64,000 nt of DNA from Candidatus Marinacidobacterales bacterium. GTDB lineage: Bacteria; Acidobacteriota; Vicinamibacteria; Marinacidobacterales; SMYC01. The stretch lies in the NCBI GenBank assembly GCA_965237955.1, contig OZ250169.1, positions 1,376,001 through 1,440,000 of the forward strand, in the 5' to 3' direction. Position numbers and translations under genes: made by a program. The notes beneath the pieces were generated by a model, which ran no database searches, was not told the DNA's origin, and saw only the letters and a list, made by a program, of their open reading frames with translations. Positions 21,199 through 31,043 of this stretch are shown here, one piece after another; the first letter of the stretch is position 1; every line of letters begins with the position of its first letter.

Positions 21199-23352
21199 CT
21201 ACTGTGCGGGCAAGATCAGGGTAAGCTCGTTGCCTTGCTCGGATGTTTCCGACGTCCACTGCCCCTGGAAGTAGTCGACGACGTTGCTCACGAACGACAG
21301 CGGCCAGCTCACGCCGTTGCGATCGAGAGCCCAGGCGATGTAGTCCTTGCCGCCTTCTCGCGGTTGGCGCACGCGGGTGATGTTGTCGGCAACTTGAATG
21401 TAGGCCTTGCCGGCGTCGATATGCGCGGACAGGCGAATGAGGCCGCCGCTATGGCCGGTCAGGTCGTGCTCGGCGCGCTCGACGAGCGCCGAGAGCGCCG
21501 AGCGCAGAAGGAAAGCATCCGCGCGGACACGATCTGTCGATGCGAGCTCTGTGGTTTCGAGGCGCACCGCATGCCGCTCGAGGCTGTCGGCCGTCCACGC
21601 GCGCACGCTCTGGAACACCGGGCCGAGCGGAATGAGATTCATGGCGGGTGGTTGACCGGCCATGAACTCGAGGACGGCGTCGCGAAACCGTTTTGTACGT
21701 GAGAGCTCTTTTCCCATCCCGAGAAGCTCACTCGTGAGCCAATCGGGACCATCGGGTTGTGTGCGCAGTCGTCCCATGGTCGAGAACAAGCGGTCGAGCG
21801 GCGGTCCCATTTCCACGATCGCTTGCTCGGCCAGTCGGCCGATGAGGGCGTAGCGTTCCGCGCGTACGAGTCGATCTTTGGCGACGGCGCCGGCAGCGAG
21901 CTCGAGGACGAGTGCGACGCCGTCTCCCAGTCGATCGAGATGTTTGGTCGCGTCCCTGTGCGGTGGAGCGGACTCGGGCGGAAGGTAGAACGTGAGAAGA
22001 CCGAGGTTTCTGATCGCTGTTCTCACTGGGATGGCGACCATCGAAGTGAGCTTCCCTGCGCTGCGCTCGAGCACCTGTCCGATGGGTCCCGGCTCTCCGG
22101 TCACGAACACGATGGAGCTGCCACCTTCGATGATCAAGGTTCCGAGCGGGCGCTGCGATGCATCGACAAGCGTCGCTAGGGGCTCTCGTTGCAGACCATG
22201 CAGAATCACCGGATGCAGCTGAGAGTCGTGACGGAGCAACGAGAGCGAGCCGCTCACCGCGTCGAGACCTTCGACGAGGCGCATGACCAGCGCTTTCAAG
22301 ACTTCGTCGGAAGGGGTTCCCTTGAGCAGGGACTGCGCCGCCAGGAACGGTGCTCCGAGCTCGGAGAGCTGCTTGTCGACGTGGTCGCGCTGATCGCGCA
22401 TGTCCTCGAGCGCGGAAGTGAGGTCCGCCGCCGCCTGAGCGTAGCTGTCCACCAGGGCTTCGGCGGCCTGGGGGTCACTCGCGTCGGTGGCCGCCGAAGG
22501 TGACGTCGCACCTTCGAGCGAGCGCGCCACCGGGACTTTGACGGCAACACGTTGTGGCGGGGAAGGCGCCGGTGAAATCCCCTGCGCCGCCGTTGTAGCC
22601 GGTGAGGCTTTTGGCTCCGATCCCATGTTCGCCATGATCTCGGGCGTCGGCGCCTGCGTCTGCGACGTGTCGGATTCCGCGCTCGGGCTCCACCCGAACA
22701 TGGCCCGCATCGACTCCGCGTTCCACTCTTCGATCGAACGCGCGTTGCGGATGTTGGCGCCGAGCTTGAATCGGGTGGCGATGTCTTCCATCGTCAGCTG
22801 CAGCGCCGCGGCGAACGTCTCGATAACGCCTTCTTCGCGAATCGCAACCGCGGGAAAGCTCGCGGTGTGCCGTGCGTTCAGCGTTCGCTCCATCGCCTCG
22901 AGCGAGGTCACTTCGGGAAGATCGCGCTTGTTGTATTGATACGTCACCGGGATCTTCGTCGGGTCGAGCCCGTGAGCCAGCAAGTTCTGGTTCATCTCCC
23001 TGAGACTCTGGATCGTCTCTTCCCATCGATCGGCGGCCGAGTTCGCGACGAAGACGACGGCATCGGCTCCGTTCAGGAGGAGCTTTCTGCTCGCCGCGTA
23101 CATGCGCTGGCCCGGGACAGCGATGACTTGAAACCGCAGCTCGTAGCCGCGAAACGCCGGAGTCTTCATCGGCAGAAGATCGAGCAGAATCGTGCGGTCC
23201 TGGGTCGAGTTGACGGAGACCATCTCGCCACGCCGTTTCGGATCGGCGCGCCGATGCAACACCACGAGGTTCGTCGTCTTGCCCCCGGCCGCCGGACCGT
23301 AGTAGATGATTTTGGCCCGGACGACGCGCTCTCGGTGACTAATCTCGACCAA
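21199..23352 (-). CDS. MglA-like small GTPase fused to GAF and degenerate histidine-kinase-like domains
   Basis: KIIYYGPAAGGKTTNL, DRTILLDL, VPGQ, GADAVVFVANS, YNKRDLP; AIPVRTAIRNLGLL GAF; IQVADN HATPase remnant. Confidence 0.82.
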   Translation of the reverse strand: MVEISHRERVVRAKIIYYGPAAGGKTTNLVVLHRRADPKRRGEMVSVNSTQDRTILLDLLPMKTPAFRGYELRFQVIAVPGQRMYAASRKLLLNGADAVVFVANSAADRWEETIQSLREMNQNLLAHGLDPTKIPVTYQYNKRDLPEVTSLEAMERTLNARHTASFPAVAIREEGVIETFAAALQLTMEDIATRFKLGANIRNARSIEEWNAESMRAMFGWSPSAESDTSQTQAPTPEIMANMGSEPKASPATTAAQGISPAPSPPQRVAVKVPVARSLEGATSPSAATDASDPQAAEALVDSYAQAAADLTSALEDMRDQRDHVDKQLSELGAPFLAAQSLLKGTPSDEVLKALVMRLVEGLDAVSGSLSLLRHDSQLHPVILHGLQREPLATLVDASQRPLGTLIIEGGSSIVFVTGEPGPIGQVLERSAGKLTSMVAIPVRTAIRNLGLLTFYLPPESAPPHRDATKHLDRLGDGVALVLELAAGAVAKDRLVRAERYALIGRLAEQAIVEMGPPLDRLFSTMGRLRTQPDGPDWLTSELLGMGKELSRTKRFRDAVLEFMAGQPPAMNLIPLGPVFQSVRAWTADSLERHAVRLETTELASTDRVRADAFLLRSALSALVERAEHDLTGHSGGLIRLSAHIDAGKAYIQVADNITRVRQPREGGKDYIAWALDRNGVSWPLSFVSNVVDYFQGQWTSETSEQGNELTLILPAQ

Positions 23353-23404
23353 GTTCGTCCTCTGCGTAAGAAGTTTGGATGGCTATCTTTATAGTATATC
23401 TCAG

Positions 23405-24064
23405 TCAGGGCGACACGATCAGGTCCGACGGGGGCTCGTCGAGGGCGCCCAGGTCGTCGGGGAGCTCGATCGCCGGGGCGCCACCGAGGCTCGAATGGAG
23501 GACCTGCTCAGCGGTCTCGAGATAGCCGGCCTGATGTCCTCCCGCGACATGATCACGGATTGCCTGGCTTATCGTCTCGAGTACGGTACGGACGTCGCTA
23601 TCGGAAGCTTCTGGCGCGGATGCGATGCTCCTCCGGTCGGAAAGAACTCTGGCGAGCCAGTCGGCCACTTTATCGAGGTGGGGCGCGCCGGAGGGATGGT
23701 TATAGACGATTCCCTTGGCGCGCGTCTCCATCGTTTTGAGAGCCGTTCCGATCACAACCCGTAACTCTTCGTCGGAAAGTGACGCGAAGCGAGCCCGAGC
23801 CGACAGCATCAAGTGGTGGGTGAACAGAAGGAGCATCACGTGTCCGTCGTTCAAAGCCAGGAAGCGTGACAGAAAACGCGCGTCCTCTTTTTGTCGGGTG
23901 GCGGACCGCCAGTTTGGATCCGCGCCGTGAAGATAAGGGCAGTCTTCGGGGCAATTGATTTCCACCCGCCGCTTCGTCCCGCAGCACTTGGAGCAGATGA
24001 GGTCGCCCCCCCGAGCCGGACAAACGCGCTTGCCTTTGACTTTGTCGCACGACCAGCAGGACAC
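23405..24064 (-). CDS. Hypothetical protein with Cys-rich N-terminal zinc-binding region
   Basis: CWSC...CPA...ICSKCCG...CPEDCPYL. Confidence 0.7.
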   Translation of the reverse strand: MSCWSCDKVKGKRVCPARGGDLICSKCCGTKRRVEINCPEDCPYLHGADPNWRSATRQKEDARFLSRFLALNDGHVMLLLFTHHLMLSARARFASLSDEELRVVIGTALKTMETRAKGIVYNHPSGAPHLDKVADWLARVLSDRRSIASAPEASDSDVRTVLETISQAIRDHVAGGHQAGYLETAEQVLHSSLGGAPAIELPDDLGALDEPPSDLIVSP

Positions 24065-24087
24065 GGGGTAATCGTATCACTCTAGCG

Positions 24088-24224
24088 TTCAGCATCCAGC
24101 ATTCAGCATTCAGTTCACATCACGGCGTGCAAGTCGGAGGCGACGTCGTTCTGCGCAACAGCGAGCCTTCGAGCGGCACGGCTCGGTTTGAACTGAATGC
24201 TGGATGCTGGATGCCGAATGCTGA
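24088..24224. repeat. Inverted heptamer-array cassette (CAGCATT/AATGCTG)
   Basis: ttcagcatccagcattcagcattcagttc ... gaactgaatgctggatgctggatgccgaatgctga. Confidence 0.7.
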
Positions 24225-26696
24225 CTACGACGAACTTTTCAGCGCGGCAACGATCTCATTGGTCGACGCAAACCTATCCGCGGGATCCGCTGCTATACAG
24301 CGGGCAAGGACCGCCTCTAGCACTTCCGGTGCGTCGGGGATCAACTGGCGCAACGGAGCCACGGCGCCGTTCGCTTCGGTTGGGTTTTGCTCCGTCAGGG
24401 CGTGGTAGATCACGGCACCCAACGAGTAGATATCGGAGCGCGGACCGACGGCTGTGCCGTTCAGGAACTCGGGCGCCGGGTAACCATCGGCTTTTCCGAG
24501 TTGCGGGAGTCGCAACGCACCGAGACCGAATCCCGTGACTTTCAACTTGCCGCCCGTGCCGACGAGGATATTCGTGAGCTTGAGATCGCGATGCAACAGT
24601 TTGCGCTCGTGCGCGTAGCCGATGGCAATCGAAAGCGTGTTCAACAGGTCGAGCGCTTGCTTGATCGTCAAGCGTTTGTTGCGCTCGAGAAACGTGGACA
24701 GGTTGAAGCCTTCGACGAACTCGGTGACCGCGGCCTTCGAGCCTTGGATGTCGATGAGACCGAGTAGCCGTACGAGGCTCGGGTGTTCCAGTCCGCGCGC
24801 GAGTTTGGCCTCCGCGAGAAACTGTTGGACGACGCTCTGGTCTCGGATCAAGTCTGCACGAAGAAGCTTCACCGTCACCGGACTCTGGTTCCGGGAATCG
24901 ACGCCTTTGTACGTCGTGCCCAGAAGTCCCTTGCCGAGGACTTCGCCGAGTTGAATCGGTGACGCTGCCGCCGACTGCGGTGCGGCGGCGGGTGCCGGCG
25001 CCGGAGTGGCTCGAGGCGCGGGTTGGCCGGCAACGGGAGCTTGCGGCGCGGGCGCCGCCGGTGCCGGCTGTGCGGGCTGTGCCACGGGAACCGGCTGCGG
25101 TTGAGGCACCGGTGCATGTTGTCCCGGCGCATTTGCCGGTGACGGCGTGGGAGATCCTCCGGGCGCGCTCAGCCGAGCGATTTTTTGCTCGACGTCCTCG
25201 TAACCGTAGCGCTCGGTCATCACTTTGCGAAACGCGTCGATGGCTTCGGTTGCTTTGCCGAGCTGTTCATAAGCGAGGCCGAGGCAGTAGAAGAGCTCGA
25301 GCGTTTGCCCGCTGATCTGTTGGTTTCCGATCAGCCGTTGGATTTTGTCGACAGCGAGCCCCGGCATGTTCTTGGTGAGGAACAAGCGCGAGAGAATGAG
25401 AGTCGCGGCGTCGTAGTGCTCGTGACTGCCGTCGATTTGCTGAAGCAGTTGAATCGCGCGATCGTCATCGCCCTGTTGTTGCGCAAGCTTTCCGGCTTCG
25501 TAGAACCGGCCGCTTTGCTCGTAGAGCTCTGACGCTTTCGCCAGATTCTGGCTCTCTTCGTAGAGCTTGGCGGCCTGTTCGAGGTCGTTGCCGCGCTCGA
25601 ACATGGCTGCAGCTTGCTTCTTTTCACCAGCGCGGAGATAAACCCCGGCTGCCTGCAGCGGCGCGTCGCTCTGCTCGTAGCATCGTGCGGCTGCTTCTAG
25701 ATTGCCTATTGTCTCGTAGAGCTCCGCGGCGCGTAAGTTGTCGCCGCCTTCGAGGAAACGGTCAGCGGCGGTGTTGCTGTCTCCTTGATGGAATGCGATC
25801 TCACCGAGCAACAAGGCGGCGCGCTTCGTCTCGCCGGCTTTTTGGAACATCTCGGCGGCGCCCTCGAGGTTTTCTTCTTTGAGCAGCATCTCGGCCGCGT
25901 CGTTGTAACGCCCTTCCTTCGACGCGAGCTCGGCGGCTTGGTGCGCCAGCCCGGCGCGTTTGTAGAGCTCGGCGGCGCGCTCGGGAGCACCGCCCTTTTC
26001 GTAGAGCTGGCCGGCATGCAAGGCCACTTTGGCTTCGCGCTCGGACGGCGCGGCGATGAGCCCGCCGCCGCCGACCGAGGTCGTCGCCGACCAGTGCTCT
26101 TCGTAGTGCTCCGCTGCTTTGATGTATTCACCGAGCTTCTCGTAGCACTTCGCCGCTTGCGGAAAATAAGAGACGTCCGAGTAAAGCTCCGCGGCTTTGT
26201 CGTACTGCCCGAAATCGAAGTAGAGCTTCGCGGCGTCGATCTTCTGCCCGTGATCCTCGTAGAGCTTGGCCGCTTCCGCGTGCTTGCCGACTTTGATCAG
26301 CATCCTGGCGGCGCGCTTCCAGTCCTCCGCTTTGAAGTACATGTCGGCCGCGCGCTCCCACTGCTCGAGCTGCTCGTGAAGCGCTCCTGCCGAGTTGTAC
26401 TCCTCGGCGTCGACATAGAGATTGATCGCTTCGGGGTACCACTCCGCTTCCTCGTAGAGGCGCGCCGCCCCCGCGATGTTTCCGGACTTTTGAAGACGGC
26501 TAATCTCGCGCTCGAATTGCATGAGACGAAGCTTCTCGCCCCCGACTTTGTCGACGACCTTCTCCCAAACGCCGAGTTCCATGAGCTTTGCGGAGATACG
26601 AGGCCATACGAGCAGCCCAGCCACGACGACGACGAGTATAGGCAGAAAGATGTCGACGACCGGTGCTGGCAGGTAGCTCTTGAGAAAGTCGAACAT
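24225..26696 (-). CDS. Membrane-anchored TPR/SNAP-like repeat protein with C-terminal Ser/Thr kinase-like domain
   Basis: N-terminal TM; many AAxLYE repeats; LGKGLLG, VTVK, HRDLKLTN, APE, SDIYSLG; DFG reads GFG. Confidence 0.85.
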   Translation of the reverse strand: MFDFLKSYLPAPVVDIFLPILVVVVAGLLVWPRISAKLMELGVWEKVVDKVGGEKLRLMQFEREISRLQKSGNIAGAARLYEEAEWYPEAINLYVDAEEYNSAGALHEQLEQWERAADMYFKAEDWKRAARMLIKVGKHAEAAKLYEDHGQKIDAAKLYFDFGQYDKAAELYSDVSYFPQAAKCYEKLGEYIKAAEHYEEHWSATTSVGGGGLIAAPSEREAKVALHAGQLYEKGGAPERAAELYKRAGLAHQAAELASKEGRYNDAAEMLLKEENLEGAAEMFQKAGETKRAALLLGEIAFHQGDSNTAADRFLEGGDNLRAAELYETIGNLEAAARCYEQSDAPLQAAGVYLRAGEKKQAAAMFERGNDLEQAAKLYEESQNLAKASELYEQSGRFYEAGKLAQQQGDDDRAIQLLQQIDGSHEHYDAATLILSRLFLTKNMPGLAVDKIQRLIGNQQISGQTLELFYCLGLAYEQLGKATEAIDAFRKVMTERYGYEDVEQKIARLSAPGGSPTPSPANAPGQHAPVPQPQPVPVAQPAQPAPAAPAPQAPVAGQPAPRATPAPAPAAAPQSAAASPIQLGEVLGKGLLGTTYKGVDSRNQSPVTVKLLRADLIRDQSVVQQFLAEAKLARGLEHPSLVRLLGLIDIQGSKAAVTEFVEGFNLSTFLERNKRLTIKQALDLLNTLSIAIGYAHERKLLHRDLKLTNILVGTGGKLKVTGFGLGALRLPQLGKADGYPAPEFLNGTAVGPRSDIYSLGAVIYHALTEQNPTEANGAVAPLRQLIPDAPEVLEAVLARCIAADPADRFASTNEIVAALKSSS

Positions 26697-26915
26697 TCTT
26701 TCGTTTGCTCGTTTACCAGTGATAAGAGCGACGGAAACCCCAAGCCGTGCCTCGCACAGCACCCCGTGGGAGAGTTTGCAAACATTGTCGCATCGGTAGC
26801 GGACAAAGTCAAAGCGGCGCGCTCTCAGGAGGTTACGGGCTTTCCTCCCTTGACAGAGCCTCTTCGCCGCGTCTAGCATGGGGCGAAACGCTTAACCGAA
26901 AAGGATTTACTCAGA

Positions 26916-28571
26916 TTGAGCCAGACTGAGGACACCCTGTCGGGGCCCGAGTCGACGGCCGCGAACGAGCTTGAGCCCAAGCTCGAGCCCAAGCTCGAGC
27001 CCGAGCTCCAGATTGCCGAGGCGCGTCGCCGCGCCGCTCGGCTCGGTTACCCATTCGCCGATCTCGACGCGTTCCGAGAGGACGTGTCCGCGTGGCAGCA
27101 GATCCCGATGGACTCCATTCTTCGGTATCGGGTCGTGCCCTTGCGCGAAGAAGGGGAAAGCCTCGTCATCGCAATAGGTGAGCCCGCGCGCTACCGCGAG
27201 CTCGACGAGCTCGAGCGAGGCCTCGGTCGTCAGCTCGTGATCGAAGTCGCGGCGCCGTTCCAGATCGAGGAGATCCTGGCTCGTAATCGAACTTCGAGCT
27301 TCTTGCTCGACAAAGCTTCGGAAGAGCTCAAGCTCGAGATCATCTCGGATGACGACGGTGAGAACGAAGATCTCGAAGCGACGTCGGAGACGTCGAGCCC
27401 GATCATCAAGCTCGTCCACTCTCTACTAGTCAACGGCATCGAGCGGCGGGCAAGCGATATCCACGTCGAGACAAAAGAAGAGCAAGTGCTGTTGAAGTAT
27501 CGGATCGATGGCGTCCTGTACGCCGCTATGGATCCGGTCGACCGGCAACATCATTCCATGATCGTTTCGCGCTTGAAGGTCATGGCCGAGCTCGACGTAG
27601 CGGAAAAGCGTGTTCCACAGGATGGTCGCTTCAAGCTCAAGATACGCGGACGCCCCATCGACTTCCGCGTGTCCATCATGCCGAGCATCTACGGGGAAGA
27701 TGTCGTGGTCCGCATCCTCGACAAGGAATCCATCAGCGAGCAGTTCTCCGAGCTTCGACTCGATGTGCTCGGGTTTCCGGATCATGAGCTGAAGCGCTTT
27801 CGGAAGTTCATCCGCGAGCCGTACGGCATGGTGTTGGTCACCGGGCCTACCGGGAGCGGCAAGACGACGACTCTCTACGCCGCGTTGTCGGAGATCGCAA
27901 GCCCCGAGGAAAAAATCGTAACCGTCGAAGACCCGGTGGAGTACCGCATCCCGCACATCACTCAGGTTCCGGTCAACGAAAAGAAGGGGTTGACGTTCGC
28001 GCGGGGGCTACGCTCGATTCTCCGTCACGATCCCGACACGATCATGGTCGGTGAGGTCCGCGATGCGGAGACCGCGCAGATCGCAGTGCAGGCGGCGCTG
28101 ACGGGCCACCTGGTATTCACAACGGTTCACGCAAATAACGCCTTCGATGTCATCGGTCGTTTCCTTCACATGGGCGTCGAGCCCCACAACTTCGTGTCGG
28201 CGCTGAACTGCGTCATGGCACAGCGGCTCGTGCGAAGTGTGTGTGAAGGGTGTCGCGACAAGATCAGTATCGATCCCGACGAGCTCGATCTTTCAGGCCT
28301 CGACGACGCCGATCGTAATCGGGACTTTTTCGTTGGGCGAGGCTGCTACCAATGCCACGGCACCGGCTTCCACGGACGGACGGCTGTCTGTGAGCTTCTG
28401 AGCTTGAACGATCGCCTACGCGAGCTAATCCTCGAACAACGCAGTACCACCGAGCTGAAGCGCGCCGCTCGAGAAGAAGGAATGATCTCGATCCGCGATC
28501 ACGCGCTCGAAAAAGTCTTCAGTGGCGTTACTACGCTTGCGGAGATCAATAAAGTCACGTTTGTGGATTGA
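26916..28571 (+). CDS. GspE/PulE/PilB family secretion or pilus ATPase
   Basis: ASDIHVE, PQDGR, GPTGSGKTTT, EDPVEY, LRHDPD, TGHLVFTTVH, CxxC pairs. Confidence 0.93.
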   Translation: MSQTEDTLSGPESTAANELEPKLEPKLEPELQIAEARRRAARLGYPFADLDAFREDVSAWQQIPMDSILRYRVVPLREEGESLVIAIGEPARYRELDELERGLGRQLVIEVAAPFQIEEILARNRTSSFLLDKASEELKLEIISDDDGENEDLEATSETSSPIIKLVHSLLVNGIERRASDIHVETKEEQVLLKYRIDGVLYAAMDPVDRQHHSMIVSRLKVMAELDVAEKRVPQDGRFKLKIRGRPIDFRVSIMPSIYGEDVVVRILDKESISEQFSELRLDVLGFPDHELKRFRKFIREPYGMVLVTGPTGSGKTTTLYAALSEIASPEEKIVTVEDPVEYRIPHITQVPVNEKKGLTFARGLRSILRHDPDTIMVGEVRDAETAQIAVQAALTGHLVFTTVHANNAFDVIGRFLHMGVEPHNFVSALNCVMAQRLVRSVCEGCRDKISIDPDELDLSGLDDADRNRDFFVGRGCYQCHGTGFHGRTAVCELLSLNDRLRELILEQRSTTELKRAAREEGMISIRDHALEKVFSGVTTLAEINKVTFVD

Positions 28572-28615
28572 AGCGTTCGTGGATTGAGGCGCCATTGGCC
28601 TGGATTGGGGCGCCC

Positions 28616-28707
28616 CCAGCCATCAGCCGTCAGCCATCAGCAGGGCACAGTCGTTCGAGCTTCGTCGTCGCGGTCTTGCCGATGGCTGATGGCTGACGGC
28701 TGACGGC
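28616..28707. repeat. Inverted heptamer-array cassette (GCCATCA/TGATGGC)
   Basis: cagccatcagccgtcagccatcagc ... gccgatggctgatggctgacggctgacggc. Confidence 0.7.
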
Positions 28708-28722
28708 GCATCGTGCCCACGC

Positions 28723-28749
28723 TTGGCACTCGACACCCCCGCCTGCTGA
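28723..28749 (+). promoter_or_regulatory. CIRCE-like operator (HrcA)
   Basis: TTGGCACTC-N9-GCCTGCTGA versus consensus TTAGCACTC-N9-GAGTGCTAA; TTGACA follows closely. Confidence 0.55.
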
Positions 28750-28943
28750 TTGACATCTTTTGACAGGTGGCACGGGATTAGGACACTTTTTGTCACCGCT
28801 TGGACCGCTTCGCCGTCGTGTCGAGACTATAACTTGTGTGGTTTCAACGAGATCAAAAACTTTCAGCTAGAGCGTGATCTGTGCACGCAAATTGCATTTT
28901 GAACGGGTGCAGCCGCGGTTCGGCCGGGAAGGAGACGATCGTC

Positions 28944-29531
28944 ATGGATAACCACTTGCACTCCGAAACACCCGTCGAGTATTTCAAGGAAGTCGTCGAG
29001 AAGGTCATGGCGCGCCAGGGATTTCGCACGAGTGAGCTTTCGTCGTTCTACCTCGTGCAGCTCCTCGACGATTTCGTCGACCTCGATCGCCGATTCACCC
29101 AAGCCGAGGTCGAAGTGGACACGACCCTTGCCGAGCTTCTGTGCGGCGCGATTGCGAGCCAGGGCGACCGGCGGTTTGCGCGGCTCAAGTTGACCGGTGA
29201 TGTGGCGCTCTTCGTGTCCGGCTTTTTCTCCGACAGCATCGCGCGGAGGCGGATCGAGCTCGATTACTATGTGCGCATGGGTGGCTATGCGTACGGACGC
29301 GCGGCGCGACTGAGTCCCAACGACGCGGCCTCCGTGTTCCACGAGCTATCGGCCAAGTTCGGTCGCTTCGTGGACGTCTTGAACGAGGTCAGTGAGGAGA
29401 GCTCGCTGACAGACGCCGCGGGCGTTCTACGTCTCTACGAGCGTTGGCTCCAAACCGGCAGCAAGCGCAGCGAGATCCGGCTACGCCAGGAAGGTATCCT
29501 CCTGGGGACGTCCGCCGACCGTATGCATTGA
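28944..29531 (+). CDS. Hypothetical protein (helical)
   Basis: GGAG RBS; YFKEVV...YLVQLL...GDVALFVSGFFSD...YY..MG..AY. Confidence 0.75.
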   Translation: MDNHLHSETPVEYFKEVVEKVMARQGFRTSELSSFYLVQLLDDFVDLDRRFTQAEVEVDTTLAELLCGAIASQGDRRFARLKLTGDVALFVSGFFSDSIARRRIELDYYVRMGGYAYGRAARLSPNDAASVFHELSAKFGRFVDVLNEVSEESSLTDAAGVLRLYERWLQTGSKRSEIRLRQEGILLGTSADRMH

Positions 29532-29541
29532 TTGCGTCGAC

Positions 29542-30192
29542 ATGCTGGCCTCTATCCTTCGGCACATCGATCGCGTCTACGATTTGGAGCTGGACGTCGA
29601 CATCCAGGATTTTCTCCTCACCTCCGACATGTGTGCGCGCCTCGGTCACAAAGACGCGCGCGCCTCGGTATTCGTGCGCGAGCACGATGCTCGCGACGAG
29701 ATCGAGCTCGGAGTCTACATCGGTGAATCGGAGCTCGAAGAGCTCTCGAAGATCGACTTGACTCAGGCCATCCATCCTGAAAGCTTCGAGATCCTCGTCA
29801 CTGCAATCGAAGAGGTGAGCCACTTCGCTTATCTGCTGTTCAGCGCGTCTCGCGAAAAGCCGGTCACGCAGCTCGAGCTTGAGCTCCAGGCGGAGGTCGA
29901 CAAGTTCATCACCGCCACGCTTCTCCTCGCGTCGAGAAACGAGGGGCGCGTTCCTGCGAATGTCCTCGATCGCCTGTTCGGAGACTTCGTGGTACGCGAT
30001 GGGCTGGATACGGGGACGAGCGATCGCTATGCGGCCGCAGCCTCTCTGGCGTCGCGCTATTGCTCCTACGTCGTCGAAGCTTCGCTGGGTCGAGAGAGCC
30101 TCCACGCCCTTCTTCCCGAGCTTCGAAGCTTCTATCGACTGACGCAGCGGGGCAAAATCGGCCGCATTCACAACGTCGTCTTCACGGCGTGA
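29542..30192 (+). CDS. Hypothetical protein with EEVSHF / ELELQAEVDKF motifs
   Basis: ORF directly downstream of 28944-29531; possible zincin-like ExxH...E. Confidence 0.7.
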   Translation: MLASILRHIDRVYDLELDVDIQDFLLTSDMCARLGHKDARASVFVREHDARDEIELGVYIGESELEELSKIDLTQAIHPESFEILVTAIEEVSHFAYLLFSASREKPVTQLELELQAEVDKFITATLLLASRNEGRVPANVLDRLFGDFVVRDGLDTGTSDRYAAAASLASRYCSYVVEASLGRESLHALLPELRSFYRLTQRGKIGRIHNVVFTA

Positions 30193-30221
30193 CAACGCGC
30201 TGCGCTGTTATACTCTCTCCG

Positions 30222-31025
30222 ATGAGACGGGACGAGAGGGCCACGCTGGTGGACCGGCGGGCGTTGTCGGCCGATGCCTGCCTCCTCTATTTCCGCTCGG
30301 ATTTTCTCGCTTCGAACATGCTCCCCGGCCAGTTCACCATGGTGCGGCTTCCGCAAGCAGAGGGTTTGCTGCTGAGACGCCCGTACTCGTTTTGTGATGC
30401 CGAGCCGGGCGGGCCGGACAGGCCGGACGGGGGACGCTTCAGCTTGCTCGTCAAAGAGGTCGGACGTGGCACGCGAGCGCTCGCGCGTTTGGCGGAGGGC
30501 GAGCAAGTCGACTGCCTCGGGCCTCTGGGCTCGACGTTCGCGATGCCCGCCCGCAATCGCCGTCCCGTCATCGTGGCGGGTGGCGTCGGGATCGCGCCCT
30601 TCGTCGGGTTTTGCCGTGCGTTGCGCGCGGCGGATCGCAAGGCCACCGTTCTCCTCGGAGGGCGTAGCGCGCACGATCTCTACCTGAGAGAGGAGTTCGA
30701 CGCGCTCGGAATGGACGTCGTCTGTACCACCGAGGATGGAAGCTTTGGCGAGAAAGGTCGGGTGACGGCTCTTCTCGACGACGCGCTCGACTCTGAGGTG
30801 CAGCTGTACTCCTGCGGTCCGACACCGATGCTCGTCAAAGTGGCGGAAGCGGCACGCGCACGGGGCGTTCCGCATCAAGTGTCGCTCGAGCGACGCATGG
30901 GCTGCGGGATGGGATGTTGTCTCGGGTGCGTCGTTTATACGAGCGAGTACGTGCGCTCCTGCACCGAGGGTCCGGTGTTCGACGCCGATACGATTCAATG
31001 GGAGCGAGACGAAAACCCCCTTTGA
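30222..31025 (+). CDS. pyrK: Dihydroorotate dehydrogenase electron transfer subunit
   Basis: PGQF, RRPYS, GGVGIAP, CGPTPM, MGCGMGCCLGC...CTEGPVF; adjacent to pyrD. Confidence 0.92.
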   Translation: MRRDERATLVDRRALSADACLLYFRSDFLASNMLPGQFTMVRLPQAEGLLLRRPYSFCDAEPGGPDRPDGGRFSLLVKEVGRGTRALARLAEGEQVDCLGPLGSTFAMPARNRRPVIVAGGVGIAPFVGFCRALRAADRKATVLLGGRSAHDLYLREEFDALGMDVVCTTEDGSFGEKGRVTALLDDALDSEVQLYSCGPTPMLVKVAEAARARGVPHQVSLERRMGCGMGCCLGCVVYTSEYVRSCTEGPVFDADTIQWERDENPL

Positions 31026-31043
31026 TGATGTCATGATGTCACG

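Noticed and set aside
26967-27008. 12-bp tandem repeat at the start of the GspE/PilB gene
   Set aside because: In-frame LEPK repeat in a probably disordered leader; no effect on frame
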